A stretch of 64,000 bases of DNA from Vezdaea acicularis (lineage: Eukaryota): positions 1 to 64,000 of the forward strand of contig JAPEUI010000050.1 of the NCBI GenBank assembly GCA_026025075.1. Direction: 5' to 3'. The position numbers and the translations under genes are program-made. The notes beneath the pieces were generated by a model, which was given only the letters and a program-made list of their open reading frames with translations, was not told the DNA's origin and made no database searches. Positions 11,464-23,977 of this stretch are shown here, piece after piece. How positions within the stretch are numbered: position 1 is the first letter of the stretch; every line of letters starts with the position of its first letter.

Positions 11464-12160
11464 TTATGGGAGGATTCGCGGTTGAGCATGGTGGGGTTGA
11501 GACTAGATTGGAGGGGTGACGCGATACTGTCTATCGTGGAACATCCGCGTGAGCAAATGGTCAATATACTGGCCCTTTGTACACGCCTGCTTTCTAGATA
11601 CGCTGAACATAATGCTGATAGCAACAGGCTTGATCGATTATTCTACCTACTAGCAGGTCTAACAACCCATGACATAAAACTAAAATACGCAATGCACAAG
11701 TCCCTTTTTCATCGGAGATCCCATAAAGTCCTCAACCTGAAAACCAGCATGCTCTGATCACCATGCAACAATAAGATCGTCCTTTCCCATATCTGTCCGT
11801 ACGCACTAAAAAAAGATGCTCGCCATCAACGTACAAGACACAGGAAAACAAGCGCTTAAATGCTCATACCCCTTGCTCATGCCGTCCATATTACCAAGCT
11901 ATACATTAAGAGAGTTCATGACATCCGCGTTTAAGAGGCATTAAGGGACGCCAAAGGTGATAAAGCTGGAAGAATATACTAATGCGAGCTGTATCGAAGT
12001 AGGGTCGCCATCAGCGAGGATGAAACATTTGCGCCAAGGGTATCATTCCGAAGCCCATAGCCCATAATAGTCTGTAGAAATCGCGCATTCGGCCCAATGT
12101 ATGTATTTTATTTTCTTAGCACGGATAAGGTTGAGGCGAGACGAAAGTGATCGGAGATAC

Positions 12161-15100
12161 TCAGGTACCATTCGGGCGAGGCCGGTGATTTTTGAGATCG
12201 CGAGCGTTCTTCGCCAAGGCAGATATTACCCGTAGAAGAGAATCCTGAGGGTCACGCTCAGCGGTGTTCATGTAAAGGCTTTCGAGCTTGCCGGCGATGG
12301 TCTCCATGATTCTTGGCAGAATGGCTTGGGTGTCTGGGTGCTATGACATTGTAAGCAAAGGACTGAAACATCAAGGCAAAGAAAACACTTACGCCAGGAA
12401 TCAGAGCCGCTGTGATCTTGCCTAGCCAAGTGAGCCGCTCGAGAGTATGAGTGTCAAAGTTGTCGATGATCAAAGCACCGATAGACAAGATCGCAAGCTG
12501 AGAAGAGCTTTCGACGATATTCGGCTCGTATCTGTAGAAGAGATGGTCAAAATATTTGTCTTTGCGAGGAGAATGCAGCCACTAGAGCGAAAGTTAGTGC
12601 GACCCAGATGATCAAGTGAAGCTTCACAAGAGACTTACTGCTATCAGAGCGTTCTCGTAGTCTTGATCCATGAGGTACTGAGAGATCATCTCGAATTCTT
12701 CCTGGGCCTCAGTCTTGACGGATCTGGTTAGTGCCTGGCTTGACCCAGCCTGACTCCGCTGATAAGCCGATGCGCGAGATTCCTCGAGTAGAGATTCCTG
12801 AAGACCAACTATCTGCTGCTGAAACTGGTTCTGGGAAGTTGTCATGTTCTCAACGGTCCCAGCTAACTTGTGCACAAGCTGAGTCAGCTGATCAATCTTG
12901 ATACTGTCGTTCTGTCGCTGAGAGTTGATTCGGTGGAATTGTTCAGCTGTGCGCTGCTCCACTTCGGATGCCATCTGCTGAATAGCCTCCATTGTAACCC
13001 TCTTGAAGGCGGGCGATATAGTGCTATGCAAGATATTCGACAGCTCAGTCTCGACATGAGTTGCCACTTTGTCAGCAACAAGGCCAGACATAGCTCTCAA
13101 GGTCTCCGGACTTTGAAATGATCGGCTCATTGCCTCCGGGATCGCGTTCTTGATTTCATGGGGAATAGTTTGCTTTAGCAAACCTCGCAGATTGGCTGAG
13201 GACTGTTCTACAACAGAAGGGACAACATGCTGCTGAATCGTATCTTGCACCATCTTCTTGAGCGATTTCTCCACGTTGTGCGAGAGCGTAGTGGATACGA
13301 GACGAAGGACTTCGGCGTGCTTGTTATCATTGGCGACTTGAGTTTTCAGCTGCTCGACTTTGAATTCATTGTAGAGATGGCTCAACTTCTCGTCAAAGGA
13401 GTTGCGGAACACATCTGATACTGACTCGCCGATGCGTTTCATCGAGACGTCAATGAATTCAGTTGACACACCAACGTTGATAGAGTCGACATCCGATGCC
13501 GTCCTTGCTCGGGATGCTGATGATGCAGCTTGGGAGCTACTAGCCTCGCTTGACTTCGATTTTGATGACTTTGATGCTTTGCTTGAAGGTGTAGTTGTTT
13601 CAAAGGTGGATGGCTTCGCCTCCGTATCGGCATTGGCCGTATCCATGGCGTCGTCAACCGTTCGGCTTGGAGTACTAGGTGCATCAGCCGAAGCATGAGC
13701 ACTGATTTTCGCTTTTTTCTTCTTCTTATCCAATTTGTCTGGCTTGTCAGGGCTGCTAGCTAGATCATGACTACTACCATTGATGGTTGCACGAGCAGCA
13801 TCCATCTTTTGGTTGACACGATCAAGGGTACTGGCAATAGCTGCGGATTCTAGAGTACTTGCCTGACTCTTACGCGTCGGAGTCACAAACTTCTTCTCAG
13901 GAAGCTCTTTAGGCAAAGCTTTCGAAGGTGAATGGCTAGGACCGATGGCGGGCACAGATGCTCCAAGCAAATCTTCATCAATGGCGGTCAAAGAGGGTAT
14001 TTCAGGAGGCTCCGCAGTAGGCTCGCTTATAGGACCAGACGTCATTAAGCCTTCTTCTTCGAGGTCAAGCTGCTTAGAAGGGTTTTCCTTTCCTAGCCCC
14101 AAGGTCTTTTTAGTGATGCCAATACAAGTAACGCCCTTCGAGTGCATGACGTAAAGCTCGAACATCAAAGGCTCATCGCCAGCTCGATCGTCTGAAGGTA
14201 TGGGAAGAATGTCAAGACTTCTTAATTGGCCCTTGCCTGCAAACGAGTACTCTCGGATCCCATTAAGAATTGCCGTGGAGTCCGGCTTTGGGAGGGTCGG
14301 ATCCTTGTTCGCTAGCCGCCGCACGTACTCTGCCTGAGATATATTGGGAAGGTTATATTTTGGTGCAGAGAAATGCATGAAGTAAATAGAATTACGAGTG
14401 GGGTGACCGACAACAAGAAAGCTTGATAGTGGGTGGAAGACAACGCTGCAGATCGCATCGGACTCTTTGTCGTGCGGGAAGCTCAACTCTTGCACAGCCT
14501 TGCCTAAGCCGAGATCCCACACTTGGAGAGTATGATTTTGCTTCATGCCGACAATGATGTATCTCATTGCGGTATCCTTTTTATATGGCTGAGCCTTGTC
14601 GATGAATTGAACTGAGGTAGGCCATGGCTTCTCTCCAGAACCAACAGTCATGCTTGACATGAGAGGAGTCTTCAGCTCGACGGACGGATTCTTCGATCCT
14701 ATTGTACCGTTCTTTTCTTGCACTAATTCTTGAATATCCCAAATCTGAAGTCTACCGGATTTGTCAAGCGTCGCAATTGCCGAGTCGTCCTCACTAAAGT
14801 TGAAATCCTTTCCAGCTTTACGAGTGACAATAGTAAGACAATGATCTTTTAGATACTTTTGGCTATCGACACGACGGCCTTTGCCTCCGATAAGATACGG
14901 CGGCGACGAGGCGACGAGTGGCCAGACGATATAGATATATTTCCCTCGACCAATGGCAAAGAATTCAGGATGTCGGGAGCTCTTCTTAGCCCTAGTTTTG
15001 AGAGCACCACCAGACGCATTTTCTTCTGTTGGAATAATTGGAGGATAGACAAACCCGTAGTGCTCCATATCTTCTTCGTCGAAATAGCTACTCTTGGGCT

Positions 15101-17039
15101 TAGACAAGGGTATCCAATATACCGCACCACTGATGCCAGTGCCAATAAGTGCTTCTGTGATTTTAGAGAGAGAATGCTCTGGAGCAGTCGACATAGCCAC
15201 ATTGAAGATTCGATCATGTGTGGTACGATAGATCTGTTTGTCCGATCCATCTTCCTGCCGAATAATCCTCAGTCCACCATTCTTCGACATGCCGTAGACT
15301 ATGTATTGTCGAGTTGAAGTCACAAGCGTACGGTCGATTTGATCGAATTCTTTCTTTAGCCTTGCAATATCCATCAATTCATCATCGACAAAACCCTTCT
15401 GAATATTTTTGAACGGCTTTAATGCAACCGAGGAAAACGGCTTCATTGGTAGGCTGTGGATCACGACCAGTGTTTCTTCCTCTTCCTTACCAGGCGTATC
15501 TTCGCCGTCACTATCCCAACTATCGGCGATATGACCCTGCGCAGCATCATTAATCACCTCCTTGATAGACTCTGCAATTTTGGGTGGATATGTCTCCTCA
15601 AGAACGCCCTCATTTTCTTTCTTGCTCAATGTCTGCTTCATAGCTGCAGCCACTTCATGAAGTGTCTCTGGAGCAGGCGGTTCATCTTTGTGAGTCACCC
15701 TCCCTTCTCGAGCGCCATTTCTTGATGTTCCTCTTTCCCTTTGGACTTCACCAAGAGCCTCTTGTACTTCCTTGTCAACTTGTTCTCCGACTTCATTGAG
15801 GGCCTCTACAACACTAGAGGGCTCCTTGCGGTCGGGCACTACTCCGGCCAGAGCTTCTGACTTGGCGCGGCCTTCGGAAAAGGTGGTGGCCGGAGGAGAG
15901 GTCAATGTAGAGCGAGTGGACACAGCACGCTGGTTGGTTGAAAGCTCCAAGTCACTGGCGTCGCGGACATGTTCCTGAGACTCGGCGGATCTCATAGAAT
16001 CAAAATCCGGAAGTGCATTCTCTGAAATGATTGTCTCCTTCGAGGTGCGATTCTGGGCAGAAGAAGCAGCAATAGAAGCAGCAAGCTGGTCGAAGGGGTT
16101 GGTGTATGTGAAGATTGAGGCGCCAGTGGGTGCGGTTGGTGCATTTATGGAAGGCTTCTGGGCTTCGCTGGATCCGGATTCAAGTGCAGGAGAGTGCGGC
16201 TGACTAGCATGTGCGACTCTTTGTGTGCTTTGAGCATCTCCAGCTGGGGAAGCCAGAGATGCGCTAATCGGGTTTTCGACTAGTGGCGGTGCTTCAGCCG
16301 AGGCCGAGGATGAAGCTCTATAAGATGAACTTCTCTCGCCTTGAGAAGGCTTTGGCTGGTTGAGAAGCTTTAATAGGAAGTCTTGGGAGCTACCAGTACT
16401 AGGCACGCCTCTACCATGGGCTGCTCCAGCATTGTTACCAGAAATAGATGGTGGCGTTGGTGACGGTTTAGCCATAAAAGACGCGACTAAGTCAGATGCA
16501 GAGATGCCTCTACCATGAATGCTTTGGCTATCTGAAGATGCAGCTCGTTGAATTCCGCTACTAAATGGACGTCCATTCTGGGTCGTTGAGGGCATTGACG
16601 AGAGCCCCCCAAACGACGGACTACTTTGTTGCGTTGGTGCTGAAGACTTGATGTTCAGCAAGCTGAGCAAGCTAGCCGTACGATCATCAGAGCTCGGAAT
16701 ATTGGGTCCTCCCGGCGTTGGAGGGTTAGATGTACTGGAGTGCGTGGCCATCCCTGCTAAACCCTGTGTAGGAGCAAATGCGAACGGCGGAGGTGAGCTA
16801 AGGAACCCAGAAGTATGGAGAGATCGTGTAAGTGGGTCTGGGTGAGCTGTCTGTGGCGACGATTGAGACCAATTCCTACTTGGACCTTGCTGTTGCTGTG
16901 GCTTAGATTTTGGAAATTGGTCTTGAGACACGGTGGGAGGCTGGATATAAGGAGCACTTGAGGTTCGTTGTTGATTGCCGATATTCGCGAGAAGATCTTC
17001 GAAGTATGCGTTATTATTTGATTGACTATTGTCCGCCAT
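12161..17039 (-). CDS. Edc4/Ge-1-like (S. pombe Pdc1-like) decapping scaffold: disordered N-terminus, beta-propeller, coiled-coil/helical C-terminus; introns 12582-12638 and 12341-12392
   Basis: 1471-aa first exon with DIARLKKEFDQIDRTL, KAGKDFNFSEDD, GMKQNHTLQVWDL and VVGHPTRNSIYF. Two further exons splice in frame to a TGA at 12161. Family assignment is from recalled similarity. Confidence 0.78.
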
Positions 17040-17661
17040 GACCGTAAGTCAAGGCGGAGAAAGGTGCCGCAGTGGGCAGATACTATTCTGGCTTCGATGA
17101 ACGTGAACAGAACGGTAAGCGACCACTTGTCCAAATGTTCATCTACGATCCAAGGTAACAGATCTATAGGATTGTGGTACGATAATAGGAAGTACGGTAT
17201 GCGTAAAAGTCAGATTGTATGAGGTTCTATCAGATAGAGGACAGGTGAAGTTGTTGGTAGCTGCAAAAGTGAGTGTCAAAAGCTCGGCGAGATGCGGTTG
17301 CGAAAGAAATGAAGTTGAGTTAGAGGTTCATGACGAGTTAGAGGTGGCCGGCTACGCCAAGGCTTTGGTAGCCGACGAAAGCCAGACCAGTTCCTAATTG
17401 GATTTTAGAGGCACACGCCATTCGAACATTCACTAATAAATTTGATCAGACTCTGACTTGTCTCTTTGAAAAGTGGAGCTTCAAGAGGCATGCTGCTACG
17501 AGCATTTAGGCAACTCAGTTCCCTCCCAATCTCGAGCTTGACGGCCAAAGCACAAAATTCACCCATACAGTCCCTTTAATATGCATCACGGTTAACTGCA
17601 CAGACATCGCGCAACACCGGGCTGCAGGCCTACCTTCAGTCTCTCACAGGTCACCTTCGAG

Positions 17662-18245
17662 ATGTTCTGCCTAAGAAGGTATCTTGAGATATTACCATTC
17701 AACGTCTTCTTCCTAGAACTAACAACCTCTCTAGCTGGCTTCCACTTCTCTTCATCCCTACAAACGCCTCGCCACTCTTCCTCCTTATGTTCTTCGCCTT
17801 GACTTACTTCCTCAACCGGCCTTGCATATACTGCTCTCTTCTTCTCCTCATTCTCTTCCTTTCCTCATGCCACTGGTCGAATGCCTGCCTTTTGTCTTTC
17901 ACCACCTCAAGTTTATTCGAGCCACGACAGTTGTCCTCCGCATTTCCAAATCCCATATCTGGTAATGGTGGCACCGGAAGTGGATCAGCTTCAAGTGCTA
18001 GCAACTTTTGTGATTCATCTGTTTCCACTGAGGCAGGTGGGAATATCAGCACGTTCATAGCGACCACTTTCAAAAATACAACGGCCGCACTCGCTGGGGC
18101 TGCAATCGAGGAGGCAAAGCGACGCATGGGAGCTGGGGGCAGTGGCGCCCCCGAGTGGACCGGACTGGGTATTGAATGGATACGTAGGCTTCTAGGAAGA
18201 AGAGAGTGGCGGGTACCATGCGTTGATGTGCTTGTACGGCTATGA
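17662..18245 (+). CDS. BLCAP/BC10-like small membrane protein (intron 17679-17734)
   Basis: Spliced N-terminus MFCLRSWLPLLFIPTNASPLFLLMFFALTYFLNRPCIYCSLLL matches the BC10 pattern MxCL.WLP..IP...PC.C. Confidence 0.82.
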
Positions 18246-18994
18246 TTGGCCAGTATCTTCTTTTGCTTCTTGGTAGCGTCTGCATCTTCCCTTGTCCATC
18301 ACTGTGCGACTTATTCAGAATGTATCATAGGCTTGAGAAATGTAGGTTCTCCGCACTGGAGGGAGGCGCATTGGTTCATCTGGGCCTCGCTCAGGATTAG
18401 GGGCTTCAAATCTGACTTGTCTCTGCTGAGGTTACTGAAGCACTTGATCCAATCAACTAATTTTTCAACCTTTCCAGAGCGCGACGATGGAAGAGAGATA
18501 TACTGCCCGAAGAACACGTCGTATTAGAGAGGACGATTGTACATGTAGGACACCCTCGTCCGGCAACGGCGAAGCTTATATATTTTCCGCCTCATGTCAA
18601 CTTGACCGACCAAGGCTTCTCTCCCAGGTTTGATGACAAGTAAGGCAGCGAATCTTCCAACTCCTGTCGTCCAGTCATACCTTTCGCCCCAAGAGACCAA
18701 CTTCCTTCCAGTCTTCTGAAACACAAGTCGTGTCTGTTAAAGCTTTGCTGACATGTTCCGCGCTTTGTGGCGGCTTGAGCCTTCCTGATCATTGTCTTAC
18801 ACTATTCACAACTAGAGTGAAGCATTATTCAAGAAACTCGTACTGAACAATATGAACACCCTTGGTCTCTTGCACTATATGAGCGCTACACTTCCCGTCA
18901 TACCTATCTGCTCAAAAGCCTCTTGCGATCAACTTCTCTGGAAAAAAACGCAAATACTCAGATTACACACAACATCATCGATTCGATAACAAGG

Positions 18995-19423
18995 ATGTGT
19001 CAAATTGTGGTAGTGGTGTACTGCGCCTGCAGCCACGACACACTTCACAAATTCACCCGCTGCGACCCATTGAAGGGCTGCTGGGACAGCCTGGAGGAGA
19101 TTTTGCTCGAGGACTACTGTCCCTCATGTGCAAGAAGCCTCAACGATGTAGACTCTCAGCCCACCGCTGGCTCCGAGCCCTTGAGCGATGCGCTTAACCA
19201 ACTCAGCTTGGACGACTCAAGCCAATTGGGGTCAGAAGCTCGGAATACTTCCCACGCCTCTCGCACTACCGCTCTCAGCGATGCTATGGACCACGACACT
19301 GTGGACTCCCTTACTATGGAATTACTGAAGCTAGCCAGCCCTGAGCATGAAAGTCGGTCAGTATCAGAGCAAGCTTCGAGCTCCCAAGGTCAAATTTCTG
19401 AGGTTGGATCTCGTCTGAAGTAG
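18995..19423 (+). CDS. Small hypothetical protein with N-terminal Cys/His cluster (putative zinc-binding) and acidic Ser-rich tail
   Basis: MCQIVVVYCACSH...C.....C...........CPSC; 142-codon open frame from an A-3 ATG. Confidence 0.65.
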   Translation: MCQIVVVVYCACSHDTLHKFTRCDPLKGCWDSLEEILLEDYCPSCARSLNDVDSQPTAGSEPLSDALNQLSLDDSSQLGSEARNTSHASRTTALSDAMDHDTVDSLTMELLKLASPEHESRSVSEQASSSQGQISEVGSRLK

Positions 19424-20145
19424 ATACGTGCCTCATGCCACCCACCAAGACTTTGTCCTATCCACTTCAACCAAATCAAACATTACCATAAAGTTAACAA
19501 TCCGATTTCTCAATCAATCAGACTCCGGGATGTTGTAAGCAGAAAACACATTTGGCATCAGTTGAACAAAGGAATATCGGCTCCTAGGTAATAAAGTCTT
19601 GCGGCTTGTCATACATTGTTCACCGTCTCCATTTGATTTTCTTTCAAGTCTTTGTCAAGTTCAAGCCACGACGCCACCTTTCATATGTCGCTGAAGAATC
19701 TAGGTTTATTGTCTCGATCACAACTAGGGCAGTAGACTGGGTCAGCCAACATCGCGATTGAAAAGTTATCAGGGCCAAAACATTCAACACAGAGAGGAAA
19801 TTGAGGGGAAGATTCCTCGGCTGTGCTAGAGGGAAAGCACATTGGACGTCAACCTCTTAGAGCACGACAAGAGTTGAGTAAACACGTTGAAGGACGGATT
19901 CACGCACTTAGATATGTGCAGGCTAAGTTGGCGAAATAAAAAGTGTTTATCGCTATCAGTCCATATCACAAGTGTCCTAGAAGTATGTATTCAATTGAGA
20001 TTCATCCTATAACCAAGGCAAGTCGTAATCGTGACAGCTTCATGCCTCTGCATCTCAGCAACAACCGCCCTATGAAACCCCCACATTCATAAACCCCGAA
20101 CCACAAAACACGAAAGCTCCATCTCCTTCCCATCTCTTCAACAAT

Positions 20146-20531
20146 CTAGAAGTTCCTCTCCCCCGCCTCGACCGCTTGATCGACTTCCTTGTCGATACTA
20201 GCGTCCATGGCGGATGGAATGCCTTCTTTCGTCAGGAGCCCATCAACAGCTACAGTGGCAAGCAATCAGCAATGCATTCAATCAATACGATGATGTTCTG
20301 CTGCTTTCCATTGAAGGCAGAACAAAACCCATGCATTGGTTGAGGAGAAAGGGCTAGCCTCCTACCTTCGTTTACAACGCGATCGGTCATGTCAGTGCTG
20401 GGCTCCTGCTTGCCTCCTTGTTGGCCCCCTTGTTGCTGGCTTCCCTGCTGCTGTTGCCCGCCCTGCTGTTGCTGTTCCCCGCCTTCGAAGCTCTCCACGC
20501 CTTGCTCGAGCTCGGATACATAATTCGACAT
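20146..20531 (-). CDS. Small hydrophilic Gln/Gly-rich protein, about 89 aa (intron 20250-20365)
   Basis: MSNYVSELEQGVESFEGGEQQQQGGQQ...DRVVNE splices to AVDGLLTKEGIPSAMDASIDKEVDQAVEAGERNF*. Confidence 0.78.
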
Positions 20532-21252
20532 TATGATCGTATTCTTTGGATTGCAGTGACTAAGTGCAATGGGGCAGGTTCAGCAAGCTGGATGGAATAG
20601 GCAGGGTGCGATAAGGAATGGGCTTCCGTCAGCAGGGAAGAAGGCCGCGGAGGGGCTCTTGTACTCGTGATGAACCGGGCTTTATCGCCCAAAAGGCTTA
20701 GCCAAAAGCTTAGCCCAAAGCTTGACCTGATGTGGCGTTCGCTGGCACTGTGATTGGTGCATGCGCTCCTCCCTCACAGGCCCAAGATCAAATAAATTCG
20801 CCAGCACAATTCCGCGACTTGATGGTTCGAGATTCTTATTGGAAAATATACGCTTGCATAGACTTCAATTGCTTCCAAACGGCGACACAGATGCTCGCCT
20901 CGCACGTGATCTTCGCCCGGATAAAATCATGTGTTTTATATCACTTCTTCACCGCGCATTGAATTAGCTCCTCCTTCGGCCAGGGTTCCGTTCATGGGCG
21001 GGACTTGATTCGGCAAATTCCATACTATATCGGTGGCGCGGACACGAACATCGCGAACCCACGGACATGCAGTCGATCAAAGTTGTTCGTCACAAGGGGC
21101 AGGAATGAAGCGAAACCTATTTACAGGACGCAATAGAACACTATGACCCAGACATCGCCTAGCACAGCCGTAAAGGCAATACAGAAAATTTTAGACAACC
21201 AATGCGAAGAGTCCTCACCCCTTTTTCGCACTCCCATCCCAATAACAAAATC

Positions 21253-22220
21253 CTAAAAAGTGATCCCAGAGCCACATCCCGCAATATTCCCAAAATAGTT
21301 CAGATGCGCCCCAATATCCAGGTTGAGCACATTCGTACCTCCATTCCCCGCCGTGCTCGTATCTCCCTCGATGACAGTGAAGTCTCCTACCTGCGGCGTC
21401 GGGCTGTCGCTCTGAAACCAGTACTCGGGGCTGATATGCGTGTAGCCCGTCCACAAGCTAGGCACGTTTGCGACGGGGTCGTCTCTATGTGTGACGCGGA
21501 AGTTGCCCGCGCCGGCGTTATCCTCCATCCATTTGTCTAGACCCTCGTCACCAACACGCGGCTGACCGTAGGTATACAGGGCGGCATTGATGCCCGCCTT
21601 GCGCGTCTCTGCAGCGGCAAGGACTGCAATGGCCCCGCCAAGGGAGTGCCCAGTGATCACGACCTGGTAGTCGGGGTTCTCGCCGACGGCGGTGGTCATG
21701 GCGTCGACAATGGTGCCGCGGGCTTCAAGCCAGGAAAGCCAGAAGCCTTGGTGGACGACGCAGGTGGCGCATATGTCGCTGGGGATCCTGGCTAAATGGA
21801 TGTCGGCGAGGAAGTTGCGGATGCTGTGGGAGCCACGGAATGAAAGGACAATGGTTTTCGTACTCGGCGAGAGGGAGAGGAAGCCCGTTACATCGGTGAA
21901 GAGGGAGCTAGGAGGAATCGTTAGAGAAAGGAGTGAAATATGGGAAACGGGGGGAGCTACCTTTTCTCAAATTCGACGATGCTAGTTGCTTTGGCAGCCT
22001 CGACGAGGGGACAGTTGCCCGTAGGACAGGTAATGAGATCACCATTAGTACCGCTGTTACCATTGCAGTAGGCAGCGGCGGCATATTGGGAGTAGAGTTC
22101 GAAGTTAGAGAGATCAGTGGCTGATACCGAATCAGAACCGCGAGCTTCCAATATGGTAGTTGGAGCGCCGAGGACGTTGCCAGCGAGGACTGAGAGGGTA
22201 AGTATAATGAAAGACTTCAT
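21253..22220 (-). CDS. Secreted class 3 lipase / feruloyl-esterase-like hydrolase (one intron ~21908-21961)
   Basis: Signal peptide MKSFIILTLSVLAGNVLG, QYAAAAYC, SFRGS, GHSLGGA nucleophile elbow, TYGQPRVG, RVTHRDDPV, HLNYFG. Confidence 0.93.
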
Positions 22221-22630
22221 GATGAAGCTGGGTATCTTTGATGAAGACCGAGAAACGAAGGTAGCTACTGAATAGTAGGAAGAGGCTGGTCTACTGCTGC
22301 AGTTGACCTCCAAGGCCTCTGATAGCACGAATATATATAACGAATGACTAGAAAGCTGTCCGAGCGTTCAACGCTCGCTTTCTTGCGTAGGGGTAATGGA
22401 TACGAAGGTCTCATAGAATATAGAAATGAAGACGACGATACGAAGAGGATTATAAGACGGCATGAAACATCCATGAGCCACCCTCCTCGACTTGCCCAAA
22501 GCAGGCCGTCAAGTCAATCTGGGGTGCATGGGCCATCCGGCACCTCCACAAGTTCGTCGGGAAAAGAGAATGAAGGGGTTAGTCCCACCATACTAAGGGG
22601 CAAGTCAATAGTCTAGTCTCTTGAACCGAG

Positions 22631-23160
22631 AACGCCGAGGCTCTTGGGAGGAAGGCTTAGGCTTTGGTTCGTCAATCCAAATTCAAAGTTTGGACTGAAC
22701 TCCTAAGCCATCGTCTGTGCGGCGAAGGGGCCCCTTCGGTTCTGGAGCCGGATTGGGCAGTTACGAATCCAAGCTCCGGATGGATCGGCGTTATGGCCTC
22801 CTCACAAGGAACGAGAGACAATCGGGCGGCTCTATTATCAGAAAGTCGGTACGGGCACGGCTTGCACACCTGACTAGTGGCTTGCGGATGGCCGCTCTGC
22901 TCCCCATAGACACCCTTGAGACCCTGACGCGGAATATGGCATTTCCCCTGGACCCACACTGGATGCCGAGGCTCTGTGATGCCGGACAAGGGGTGCACTG
23001 ATCGCCGAATGGTGGTAGAGTCATGGTGGCGCCTCTGCGACAGGACATTTTCAGGGAATGTGCCGGTGCTGTGCTCAATCGGAAGAATTCGAAAGGTGTG
23101 ACATTAGCGTATCTCTTGCATGTGCAGCATTCGCAATTTGCGCCATAGCTCATGGGAGCA
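22631..23160 (+). ncRNA. Candidate structured non-coding RNA between the lipase and SWS1 genes
   Basis: Multibranch domain closed by AACGCCGA/TCGGCGTT plus further helices; no family recognised. Confidence 0.42.
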
Positions 23161-23522
23161 TGACGGAGGAGGAGTTCATCGGTGCGGGTATCGTCCGAAG
23201 TGGCTTTCACCACATTTATTTTACTGGTGCAATGTGTGACTTTTCTATCCAATGACGAAGCAAGATTGTGATAAAGATGATAACCGATGGTGTCGGCGAT
23301 TGCACTAGTCCTTGGCGGCGCAAGGGGAAGCTCTGTTGGTCGAAGCGATCGTTGATGTGGTTGGTGACCAATACAATGGCGCCTAATGTTCCCGTCCCGC
23401 AGAGCTTTCAAGCTTCTCAATGGACAACAGCATGAGATGAGCTTCAACCATGTTGAAAGACTGAATGCGGCATGGATTCCATTGCCAATCGTTCTTGTCG
23501 CAACTCAGCAAGTGAGTTTGAG

Positions 23523-23543
23523 ACGCGTGGGGTGAGCACGCGT
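23523..23543. promoter_or_regulatory. Two perfect MCB boxes (ACGCGT) upstream of the SWIM-domain gene
   Basis: ACGCGT at 23523-23528 and 23538-23543. Confidence 0.55.
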
Positions 23544-23977
23544 GTAACGCAAAAGCATAGAGACGGCACTTTCTATTCGCACCATGGAATATCAGCAGAG
23601 CCGGTAAAAATCCGGTTGAAGTCTTTGGGAAGACGAGAATAGTTCATGGTCAAGTGACGCTCTGGTCAACAATCCTTACGGAGAAACCTCTCGAAGAGGT
23701 TAGAAGCCGTTAGCGGACCATTGTCTCGCGAACCCTAAACTCCGGGCTCCGACCTGTTTCCCCGGATTCTCGCTTGCCCGTATCGGAGTGTACCGCAAAC
23801 GACCATTCTCTAACGACCACACGTTCTGTAACCAAACAGTCACTAGGAGACTCTATACTCGGAGTTATGCAATTCCTCCCGAGCTTTAGGGTCGGCGAAG
23901 GACCTGAGATGTGATAGCGAAGAGCCTAACAGCCATCACAGCACGAAATGTGAGGGTACCCTTGAGATCGAGTCAGA

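Noticed and set aside
22838..23290. RNase P/MRP RNA suggested by CAGAAAGTCGGT, GGTGCAAT and AACCGAT
   Set aside because: The CR-I/CR-V consensus and P4 pairing are incomplete, and no P1/P2 could be built.
22791..23447. 218-aa minus-strand ORF, and ORFs at 3475-4061 and 46271-46587
   Set aside because: No recognisable domains and mostly non-ATG starts; they overlap the structured blocks, so coding status is unsupported.
23731..23740. AACCCTAAAC as telomerase RNA template
   Set aside because: It is sequestered by pairing with TTTAGGGT at 23885-92 and lies only ~240 nt before the SWS1 ATG, leaving no room for pseudoknot and CR4/5 domains.
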